A stretch of 64,000 nucleotides of DNA, from positions 561-64,560 of IMG/VR virus record IMGVR_UViG_3300021255_000041; one strand, given 5' to 3'. Under the pieces are notes generated by a model, which saw only the letters and a program-made list of their open reading frames with translations, had not been told where the DNA came from and made no database searches. Position 1 is the first letter of the stretch, and every line of letters starts with the position of its first letter. The position numbers were made by a program, and so were the translations under genes. Shown in pieces: positions 34,557 to 42,149 of the stretch. Source of the stretch: a virus (lineage: Duplodnaviria; Caudoviricetes).

Positions 34557-34853
34557 TTAGGACTCCAACCGAATTTCACAGTTATCCAAATCGGTATCCG
34601 GAAATGCGGCGTAACCATTATTCGCATAGTTGTATTCTTCCGTAAGTTTGGTATATTTTCCTTCAAATACTTTGTAGCGTTCTAACTCCTCACAAAGATC
34701 TTCGTATCGTCCTTCGGACTCCATATAACGTTCCTTCCAGACAAACGCTCTCTCTTGCCAGAAGTCAATTTCGCTATCATCATGCTTGATGACAAAAATC
34801 ATAACCAATACTCCTGCAATCAGTAACATAAGCAAATCAAGTGGTCCTGCCAT
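34557..34853 (-). CDS. Cassette gene, membrane-anchored coiled coil
   Basis: Start MAGPLDLL after RBS AAGGAGG. Confidence 0.6.
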   Translation of the reverse strand: MAGPLDLLMLLIAGVLVMIFVIKHDDSEIDFWQERAFVWKERYMESEGRYEDLCEELERYKVFEGKYTKLTEEYNYANNGYAAFPDTDLDNCEIRLES

Positions 34854-34885
34854 TTTCTTTCCTCCTTTGAAATAGGATAATAGTT

Positions 34886-34911
34886 TCATAAAGGGACGTG
34901 TGTTTATTGCG
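34886..34911 (-). promoter_or_regulatory. Phage promoter motif copy 14
   Basis: CG CAATAAA CACA CGTCCCT TTATGA. Confidence 0.7.
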
Positions 34912-34971
34912 GACAAAAAATAAAAGCCCATGCGTTTTGCACAGGCTTTAACTTTGTTTGGCAGTTACAAA

Positions 34972-35400
34972 TTACTTTCTCTTACAGATTTTGAATGACT
35001 TAGACAAGCCATCCACTTTCTGGGCCGCTCGGGAGCTAAATGTCCCAGTTTCTTCGAACCGTAAGTAACGCTTGTGCCAGGTCCAGGTTGCTAAGTATTC
35101 CAGCAGGAACATTCCACCGCTCAACCCGATCTGGAACCAACGATTCCGTTTTTCGTCTTTTGCTTCCTTCTCTTTGAGTTCCTCTTCCTGCTTCTGATGG
35201 GCTTTGTCCATCTCTCTACGGAAGCACTTCTCATCGAAGTCGCAATCAACCTTAACCTCGTCAATTCCGAGTCGGTAGAGCTTGGTAATGTTCTCTACTG
35301 CGGCTGTCTCCTCCTCGGATCCAGGCAACGAGTCTCTTAAGTTCTGAAACTGAGACATAATAGCCTCGTTCAACCCTTCGGTTATTCTCTCGTCCATCAT
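34972..35400 (-). CDS. Cassette gene (142 aa)
   Basis: RBS GGAGG; FEETGTFSS near the C-terminus. Confidence 0.7.
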   Translation of the reverse strand: MMDERITEGLNEAIMSQFQNLRDSLPGSEEETAAVENITKLYRLGIDEVKVDCDFDEKCFRREMDKAHQKQEEELKEKEAKDEKRNRWFQIGLSGGMFLLEYLATWTWHKRYLRFEETGTFSSRAAQKVDGLSKSFKICKRK

Positions 35401-35435
35401 TTTTCAACCTCCAAAATAGTAAGTTATTTATAGTG

Positions 35436-35461
35436 TCATAACAGGACTTGTTATTTCTGTG
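35436..35461 (-). promoter_or_regulatory. Phage promoter motif copy 15
   Basis: CA CAGAAAT AACA AGTCCTG TTATGA (overlaps the upstream stop codon). Confidence 0.6.
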
Positions 35462-35666
35462 GGTTGTCCAGGATTTGGACAGTCAGGGTCACAATGTCTC
35501 CCTCTTTGAGGGACTCTGCACTGACGTGCTTAAGAGACATATATGTGTAATACCCATCCTCGTCATGGGCGATCAGCATGTCTCCGTCGGTTTGAGCGGC
35601 CTGTGTCGCTTTGAGAAAAACGGTCGTTGCCGCAATGGTGATTAAAACTAATGCGAAATAAGTCAT
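35451..35666 (-). CDS. Small membrane-anchored protein
   Basis: 71 aa, N-terminal TM, RBS AAGGAGG. Confidence 0.65.
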   Translation of the reverse strand: MTYFALVLITIAATTVFLKATQAAQTDGDMLIAHDEDGYYTYMSLKHVSAESLKEGDIVTLTVQILDNPQK

Positions 35667-35715
35667 GGTTTCCTCCTTTGCTCAAAAAGAAAAAGCCCTT
35701 GCGGGCTTAATCTTG

Positions 35716-35922
35716 TTAGATGGCTAATCTGCCATAGTTTTTATTGTATGGATATATTTTTCCATTCGTGACTTCTCTCTCGGGTTTACAGAACGGGCAT
35801 TCGCCGTCCTTATACTTTGCGTGTGCATTTAAGCAGTTGCAAAGCACTTTGTCGGGTAAATCCTTTATACTGTACTTTCCGAAACAAGGTCTGCTGTCAT
35901 TACAAGTTGGTACGTATCCCAT
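35716..35922 (-). CDS. Cassette gene, Cys-rich (68 aa)
   Basis: C..S.PCFG...CNCL...CPFCKP; RBS AAGGAGG. Confidence 0.65.
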   Translation of the reverse strand: MGYVPTCNDSRPCFGKYSIKDLPDKVLCNCLNAHAKYKDGECPFCKPEREVTNGKIYPYNKNYGRLAI

Positions 35923-35956
35923 ATTTTCCTCCTTTATACATAATTAGCAATCAGTT

Positions 35957-35982
35957 TCATAATATGAGATGTTAATTTTGCG
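35957..35982 (-). promoter_or_regulatory. Phage promoter motif copy 16
   Basis: CG CAAAATT AACA TCTCATA TTATGA. Confidence 0.7.
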
Positions 35983-36019
35983 TAAAAAAATAAGAGCCTC
36001 CGTAGTGGAGACTCCCATG

Positions 36020-36445
36020 TCAACTTTTCTCTGCGGAAAGCAGCCAGAAGAATTTCCTATATCTGTCGTAGAACATCTTTTTCTCGCAGGGTATGTCATA
36101 TAGCATTTTGAGGGTAACAAAAGAAGCTCCCTCGGTAACAGCTTTGAGGATATATGGTGAGATGGCCGTGTCAGCCTCTTCTGCAGTCTGTTCGACGATT
36201 TTGATATTGTGTTCCAGTCGAACTCTCGCAATGGCTATGTCGGCCGTTTTGTCGGTTATATGGGGATGTTTAATGGGGAGTTTATCGGGCTTTGTGGAAA
36301 CCATGCCGAGATCTGCTGTCAATTCAGCATAACGCTGTTTCCAGTCTTTGTATTGGAGGCAGAAGTGTTTTAATTCGTAGTAACGATGTTTACTGATTCG
36401 GTATTTGTTGCTTGGTGACAGCTCCGCTCTGATAGTTGTGCTCAT
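36020..36445 (-). CDS. RinA/ArpU-like transcriptional regulator candidate
   Basis: Start MSTTIRAEL after RBS AAGGAG; coiled coil, then YILKAVTEG..F..L.....CEKKMFYDRYRKFF HTH-like end. Confidence 0.55.
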   Translation of the reverse strand: MSTTIRAELSPSNKYRISKHRYYELKHFCLQYKDWKQRYAELTADLGMVSTKPDKLPIKHPHITDKTADIAIARVRLEHNIKIVEQTAEEADTAISPYILKAVTEGASFVTLKMLYDIPCEKKMFYDRYRKFFWLLSAEKS

Positions 36446-36592
36446 GTTCTTAACTCCTTTCTTTATCAGATTGGAGTGAGAATATAATAAAGCGTTGTCA
36501 CCTGCGTACTCCACTTTTTTGTACTTTTTTAGTCCATTTTGGACTATTACAAATAATAGACTGCGCTTTCTCCTTTCTTCGAACTTGTGTTC

Positions 36593-36787
36593 TGGTGATT
36601 TTAGTGGTGACTTTTCAATTTCGGAGAGAATCGAAAAAGCCCGGAAACCCGCATTCCTGCGGTGTTTCTCAGGCTTTCGTTTCATGGAAGGTACAGGAAT
36701 CGAACCTGCGGTCAAAGCCCAAATTTCCGCATACTTGCGACATTTCTCCAACTTCGCTATGGTGATTTCCGGTGATAAACCGGTGAC
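36593..36787. mobile_element. attP: tRNA 3'-end core with arm-type repeats
   Basis: Core 36685-36709 reads GCAGGTTCGATTCCTGTACCTTCCA on the minus strand (T-arm plus acceptor 3' strand); GGTGAY repeats x2 left (36594, 36606) and x3 right (36761, 36771, 36782); abuts the integrase stop. Confidence 0.75.
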
Positions 36788-36789
36788 TT

Positions 36790-38004
36790 TTACATAAACT
36801 GGGGTATTTTGTCGAAAGCCTCCTGCTTCTCCTGAAGCTTCCTTCGATCCCTATGATAATACTGTTCGGTACAGGCTATGGTCGTGTGTCCCATCTGACT
36901 CTCAATCAACTTCTGATCCATTCCATAGTCGAGTAGTATCGTACCATATGTCTTACGGATCTTGTGCGGTGATCTTGGCGGGATACCGACTTTTCCACAG
37001 ATCAGATATAGCCGTTTACGAATCTTGACTGTGTTTACACGCTCGCCATGCCTGTCCAAAAATATAAACTCCCCAAACGGATTGCAGAGTTTCAGCTTGT
37101 CCACAATCCACTTCTGACTCGTCGGGACAATGACGGTACGGTATCCTGCCGGCGTCTTAGGAAAGTCGTCGACGTAATAGATATACCGCCCTGTCTCAGA
37201 ATCCCTCTTTCGAGTCTCCGTTCGCTTGATATTAAAGACCGTCCCATGGAAGTCCTCATGTTTCAAGGCTACAAGCTCCCCAACTCGTATCCCCGTCACA
37301 AACATCAAAGCGATCCCGATGTTCCTCGGATCAGGATTAGCCCGAATGTAATCCATGATCTTCTCAATCTCGTCATCGTAGAACACCTCTTTCTCGTCGT
37401 CCACAACTCTCTTCTTGAAATCGCTGTCCGACACATCCAGCTCAAGAAAGAAATGCTCCACGTCCATGGCAGTCAGCTTTCTTTTCTTAGCTCTCTTGAG
37501 AAACCCTTTGGTGATCCCTTTGAGATTCGCAAAAGCTTTTGCAGTGAGATTAAAATCCACAATGCAGTCGCAGAGAAAATCCTCCCAGTCCGTCTCGTCA
37601 AGATGCTTAATACGGTTTTTGCCGAATGAGCCATAAAACCGGTTAAAGATCTGTGTGTTAATCAAATGGGTACTCGGCTTGATCTGCCTCCTTGCAAGCC
37701 TCCTGTCGTTCCACTCGCTAAACACTTCCCTGACTGTAGGGTTCTCGATCTCCTCTTTCCAGTAGTCTACAATTATGTCGTATAATTCTTCTTTTGTACT
37801 CCTCCTGTATAATTTTCTATGCTCTGGTGTGTCCTCTGCGGGCAAGTATGTACACCATTGTCCTTTTTGGTTAACCCAGATCTTATGCGTATGCATCTCA
37901 AGATATTTATTGCGCTCTCTCATTTCGATCCGCGCTTCTATTATTTGTAAATCTAATATATCATTCTCGATAGCATATCGCAATAATTCGCTCTGACTAA
38001 TCAT
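36790..38004 (-). CDS. int: Tyrosine integrase
   Basis: TGIRVGEL (R), HKIR (HxxR), MGH, QYY catalytic residues; start MISQSE. Confidence 0.9.
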   Translation of the reverse strand: MISQSELLRYAIENDILDLQIIEARIEMRERNKYLEMHTHKIWVNQKGQWCTYLPAEDTPEHRKLYRRSTKEELYDIIVDYWKEEIENPTVREVFSEWNDRRLARRQIKPSTHLINTQIFNRFYGSFGKNRIKHLDETDWEDFLCDCIVDFNLTAKAFANLKGITKGFLKRAKKRKLTAMDVEHFFLELDVSDSDFKKRVVDDEKEVFYDDEIEKIMDYIRANPDPRNIGIALMFVTGIRVGELVALKHEDFHGTVFNIKRTETRKRDSETGRYIYYVDDFPKTPAGYRTVIVPTSQKWIVDKLKLCNPFGEFIFLDRHGERVNTVKIRKRLYLICGKVGIPPRSPHKIRKTYGTILLDYGMDQKLIESQMGHTTIACTEQYYHRDRRKLQEKQEAFDKIPQFM

Positions 38005-38109
38005 GGTAAACTGACGCCTCACCCGATAAAAATAAAAGGGCGTGTAAGAGATTTCCTCCACAGCCCTTTATCAAATTAATACGGTTTTACGTCACCTGCG
38101 TCTCCCTGT

Positions 38110-38220
38110 TTAGTCCTTCCACATGGCTTTGTCACAGAAATTGCCGACGCCTTCAGCAAGAATATAAACACATGCGAGTACCGCAGCAAGGACACCGATT
38201 ACGACAAATACAGCTTTCAA
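38110..38220 (-). CDS. 36-aa membrane peptide coupled to the holin (not in ORF track)
   Basis: TTG start overlapping holin TGA; MKAVFVVIGVLAAVLACVYILAEGVGNFCDKAMWKD; RBS GAGGTG. Confidence 0.5.
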   Translation of the reverse strand: MKAVFVVIGVLAAVLACVYILAEGVGNFCDKAMWKD

Positions 38221-38684
38221 GATGTCTTCACCTCTTCTTTATCGGTCTTTGTCATGTCTTCGATATGGTCCTGGATCTGGTCGATTGGACTGTACATGAA
38301 CTGTGGAACCTTGACTCCGATGTCCCTGAGGTTCTCCAGAATGGACAGGAATTCGTTACAAATAATCCAGACGCACACGATGCACGCAAATAAATAGTTC
38401 ACAGGGAAATTAATCCCGAGTTGCTTGGATGCATAAGCCAGCAGCATATCGATCATGGCTCCTACCGCCACAAGCAGCCACATGCCTATCTTTTTGGCTA
38501 TTCCGTGAATGTGCTTGTATGACTTCGGCGTATCTCCTCTATAGGGAATGGCCATGAGGCCGGATGCGTAGTCGATAATGTTACTGGTCAGCATAAGGAC
38601 CAGGGGCAGCGCCAACACCCCGAACAGAGATGTCAGCACTCCCCAGATAGTAACGAAGATTGCTTTTGTGTATGTTTCTTCCAT
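38217..38684 (-). CDS. Holin (phage holin 4-like)
   Basis: Three TM segments, IIDYASG, NEFLSILENL..IGV.VP. Confidence 0.85.
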   Translation of the reverse strand: MEETYTKAIFVTIWGVLTSLFGVLALPLVLMLTSNIIDYASGLMAIPYRGDTPKSYKHIHGIAKKIGMWLLVAVGAMIDMLLAYASKQLGINFPVNYLFACIVCVWIICNEFLSILENLRDIGVKVPQFMYSPIDQIQDHIEDMTKTDKEEVKTS

Positions 38685-38909
38685 GATTGAAGCTCCTTTA
38701 GGGATAAAATTAAAGAGGGCCGCGCCAACAATTTGGCAACGACCCTCGCGACCTATGAAAGTATCTTTAGTGTAACAGGTTGGATTTACAGGTACAATGA
38801 ATACTTTGTATGAGTTTAGGCGATAAGCGCTTTAACGGCCTTTCTTGAGAATTGGGGGTCATATGGCTGTGCTACAATAAATTTTTGGGTTGGTGAGGGA
38901 AAGGATTAG

Positions 38910-41900
38910 TTAGTTGGTGCAGAAACCGATGACAACGCCGTAACCGCCGGTTACGGGACCAGCATCCTGCCCACCGCCAGTATCTACAAGTCTAACATTT
39001 TCTGCCGTATAGCTTGTTCTTGTCCACCAATATACAAAAGTTCCATTCGCGGTGCTCTTTATACGATTCATTGTATAACTGGCATAATCTTCGTATGCAT
39101 CACTTCGAAAAACTTCTCCATGGCTCGGTATCCATAGATCATCCGTAGTTGTTTGTCCATTTTTAACACGACTTCCATTCTCATAAGTTCCCGTTTTTTT
39201 AGTCACACTAACTATTGCATTTTGAATTATTGTTGGAAGATAAGATTTGAATGTACTGTTAAGCCATGACCTTAACGAAAAGCTCGCCCATCCCCCATTC
39301 GTAGACTTAGTTGCATTCAGGTTTCTTTTTGTTACAGCCTTTTTAAATATCCAAGTAATACCTGCTTTCCCTTGTCCATCTGCACGATCATCTGCGTTAA
39401 ATGCTACAATTTCCGCAAGATACTTTGCGTGGTATGTTCCATAGTCCAAATCAATCATCTTCGTATCACCAATAGCATAGTCCGTAGCATAATTCTGATT
39501 TGCAAGGATAGTAGCCCAGTCATCTTCGATTGTTTCTGATTCTAAGCCGAGACAGAAACCTAAGCAAACGCCGTAAGAAGTTACAACTGCCATATTTTGA
39601 TACGTTCCTGATACAGAGATAACAGAGATTGACCGTGTCCACCAAGCTGTAAATTCTGACTCTCCGACTTTTTTCTTTTTTCTAACGTTAGCAGAATTGT
39701 AAATTTTATAATAAGTCGGGCCAAGTGTATCAAAAATTCTATCGTTTAAGATTTCCCTCCTACTCGGTATCCATACATCTTCTGTCGATAACAAATCGGT
39801 TTCACCATAATGACCGCAGTATTTTTTTACTGGATTTATTCTGTTTCTTACCAATACCGGTATAAGTGGTTTAACAGTCTCTTTGATATAACTTCTCAAA
39901 GCCATGTTAGGCCAACCGCCTTCTTCGGTTCGTGAGGTATTCATAGCTTGCATTGTATTTAACAATTCCATTCCCAAGAATGTTAATGGAGCATATCCAC
40001 CACTGACCAGTTCGTCAGCATCCATAGCAACAATCTGCATGTTGATCGTACCTTCTGTACCAAGATCGAGTGGCTTATAGTTACCCACTTTATACTTAGT
40101 CGAGTATGTGCCGTTATCAATATTTGCAATAATTGTATCCCAACTATCAGTGATTTCAGCAACCTCTACTACACTTTCAAATGCCGCATACACAGTAGTA
40201 GATGCCTGAATGTTTGTCAGCACGGCATTTGCAGTATGACTGTTTGCACTTGTAGCCCAACCAAGGAAGGCGAGAGAAGCATCCTCACTTGATACTGGAG
40301 CCGTACCACCATAAGTAGCAGTCTGACCCTGTACAACTCTTTGTGTGTCAAGCGTTGTACTGCCAGTGTCGTTCTTGAACGTAATTGTGTATACAGGCAG
40401 ATAGACAGCATTGATTGTGGTATTACCAGTAATCGGCTGTGTAATATCATAATCCCAACCTGTAGAAGTCTGACCGTCATATGTAGGCGTGGTGCCATTG
40501 AAAGTAGGCTTGGTGCCCCACGGAACATCCGAATCGGTCTCAACGGTAGTACCCTGGTTCACCCACTTCACCGTATACTTCTTCACCGTCTTGCTATAAG
40601 CCGGATACACGGTCCGATCGCCGCTTACATTCGTCAGAGCAGCAGGATCGTTAACCTCGGAGTCTGCCACGGTATTCCAGCCGACACCGGTATACGAGTA
40701 ATGCCCATCAGCCGAATCAGCTTTGCTCGGTACACTAGGCGCGGTATCCTGCATCACACCATCAATACAGGTCACGGTCTTCAGCACAGTCGTATTGTCC
40801 GCGCCGACAAATGTCAGATAGCTCGTCGTGTGATCGGCCTGGATCCGCAGATACCTGTACCGCTCATTGAATGACGCGATCTGAGCGCCTGTCAGGCTGC
40901 TGGTGTGGATGATGCCGGAAACCTGAGCCTGGTCGACGTTGTTGCCGTTCTCGTCCAGACCTCTCATGGTGTCCAGAAGATCCAGCATATCCTCAATCTC
41001 GTCAGCATCCTGCGCTTCCCACGTAAAACCGATCAGACGCACACGGCTTGCAGCCGGGATGGACTGCAGAATGGTATACGTGTCAATCACCGAGCTGTTG
41101 TTCTCAAGTCTCAGTGTCGAGATATTATTATAAGAAGGAATAGAAAACTCTGTGATAGCTTTCTGATTCTGGATCGTCAGATTAGTCATGGTCGCAGGCA
41201 CATGCAGCTTCTTCAGGATACCGCCATTCGGCAGAGTCAGACCTGTGATCTGCGTACCATCAAAGTAGACCTCCTCGACATTCTTGCAGCCGGAAATATC
41301 AACAGACTTCATATCCCCAGTACCCAGACCAACGCAGTTCCGCAAATCAATCTTCCGCAGAAGCCGGTTGTTGCCCAGATACAGTTCCTTCATGTTGCCA
41401 TTACTGTAGTTGGCGTCAGCATCGCCCAGCTTAAGCTCCTGAAGCTTCAGAGCCGTACTGAAATCGGCATAGCCCACCTGTAATCCGGACAAGTCACCCA
41501 CAGAGGCAAGCTGTTTGGAGCTGTAAATATAAATTTCCGTGTCGTTGATGTTGTCAAGCGGACACGGAATGGTGTAATTCTGGTTCCTGTGAGCTCTGAC
41601 CTGCTGCAGATAAGAACCGTATTTAATTGAGGCATAAATATCAGCGTACGGTCTGACCGTAATATCAGCCTTGGCGTAGCCACGAAGCGTGATAACGTCT
41701 GTCAAGGCATCGCCGGCATTGTATTTTGAATCTTCATATCTGAAGCGGTTTGTCAGCCACCACTTACGCTGCTGCTCCTTCGAACCCTGCAGCATACTCA
41801 GATACGACCCATTCCCTTTCTCGATAAGCGGCAGCAGATATTTGAACCGAGAGTCCTCAATCCAGATCGCCTCCGGCCACTTAGCCTGATGGTCTTCAAA

Positions 41901-42149
41901 CATCTTCTCGACGACATCATAAGACAGAACGCCTCTCGACCGAAGATCCTGATACATGGCCCGGATCTCGTCAAAGAAAGCCTGTCTGACATTAATCCAG
42001 AGAACACTGTCCTGACCATTGTAAACGTCAGCACCGGACTCCGTCTTGTCGATGTCTTCGAGGTTGTAACTGAATACAAGCGCACCCTCGTTATTAATAC
42101 CGATCGCGGTATCAAAGTCGTAGGGCAGTATTACTAATTTTTTTCTCAC
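38910..42149 (-). CDS. Tail fibre/receptor-binding protein: CotH C-terminal part, LRR-like region, beta repeats, two DUF6273-like tip domains
   Basis: PYDFDTAIG; LxxLxLxN repeats; YTITFKN/YTVKWVN repeats; tandem WWTRS..YGV.LGFC modules. Confidence 0.7.
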   Translation of the reverse strand: MRKKLVILPYDFDTAIGINNEGALVFSYNLEDIDKTESGADVYNGQDSVLWINVRQAFFDEIRAMYQDLRSRGVLSYDVVEKMFEDHQAKWPEAIWIEDSRFKYLLPLIEKGNGSYLSMLQGSKEQQRKWWLTNRFRYEDSKYNAGDALTDVITLRGYAKADITVRPYADIYASIKYGSYLQQVRAHRNQNYTIPCPLDNINDTEIYIYSSKQLASVGDLSGLQVGYADFSTALKLQELKLGDADANYSNGNMKELYLGNNRLLRKIDLRNCVGLGTGDMKSVDISGCKNVEEVYFDGTQITGLTLPNGGILKKLHVPATMTNLTIQNQKAITEFSIPSYNNISTLRLENNSSVIDTYTILQSIPAASRVRLIGFTWEAQDADEIEDMLDLLDTMRGLDENGNNVDQAQVSGIIHTSSLTGAQIASFNERYRYLRIQADHTTSYLTFVGADNTTVLKTVTCIDGVMQDTAPSVPSKADSADGHYSYTGVGWNTVADSEVNDPAALTNVSGDRTVYPAYSKTVKKYTVKWVNQGTTVETDSDVPWGTKPTFNGTTPTYDGQTSTGWDYDITQPITGNTTINAVYLPVYTITFKNDTGSTTLDTQRVVQGQTATYGGTAPVSSEDASLAFLGWATSANSHTANAVLTNIQASTTVYAAFESVVEVAEITDSWDTIIANIDNGTYSTKYKVGNYKPLDLGTEGTINMQIVAMDADELVSGGYAPLTFLGMELLNTMQAMNTSRTEEGGWPNMALRSYIKETVKPLIPVLVRNRINPVKKYCGHYGETDLLSTEDVWIPSRREILNDRIFDTLGPTYYKIYNSANVRKKKKVGESEFTAWWTRSISVISVSGTYQNMAVVTSYGVCLGFCLGLESETIEDDWATILANQNYATDYAIGDTKMIDLDYGTYHAKYLAEIVAFNADDRADGQGKAGITWIFKKAVTKRNLNATKSTNGGWASFSLRSWLNSTFKSYLPTIIQNAIVSVTKKTGTYENGSRVKNGQTTTDDLWIPSHGEVFRSDAYEDYASYTMNRIKSTANGTFVYWWTRTSYTAENVRLVDTGGGQDAGPVTGGYGVVIGFCTN

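Noticed and set aside
36660-36790. Complete tRNA gene
   Set aside because: Only the T-arm and acceptor 3' strand are present; no matching 5' acceptor strand, D-arm or anticodon arm upstream
38028-38069. Seventeenth phage promoter upstream of the integrase
   Set aside because: Has TACA-CGCCCTT-TTAT but lacks both CG and TATGR, and forms a hairpin with a U tract; better read as the late-operon terminator
38910-39100. Diversity-generating retroelement
   Set aside because: Target-like C-terminus, but no reverse transcriptase, Avd or adenine-variant template repeat found in a nearly complete genome
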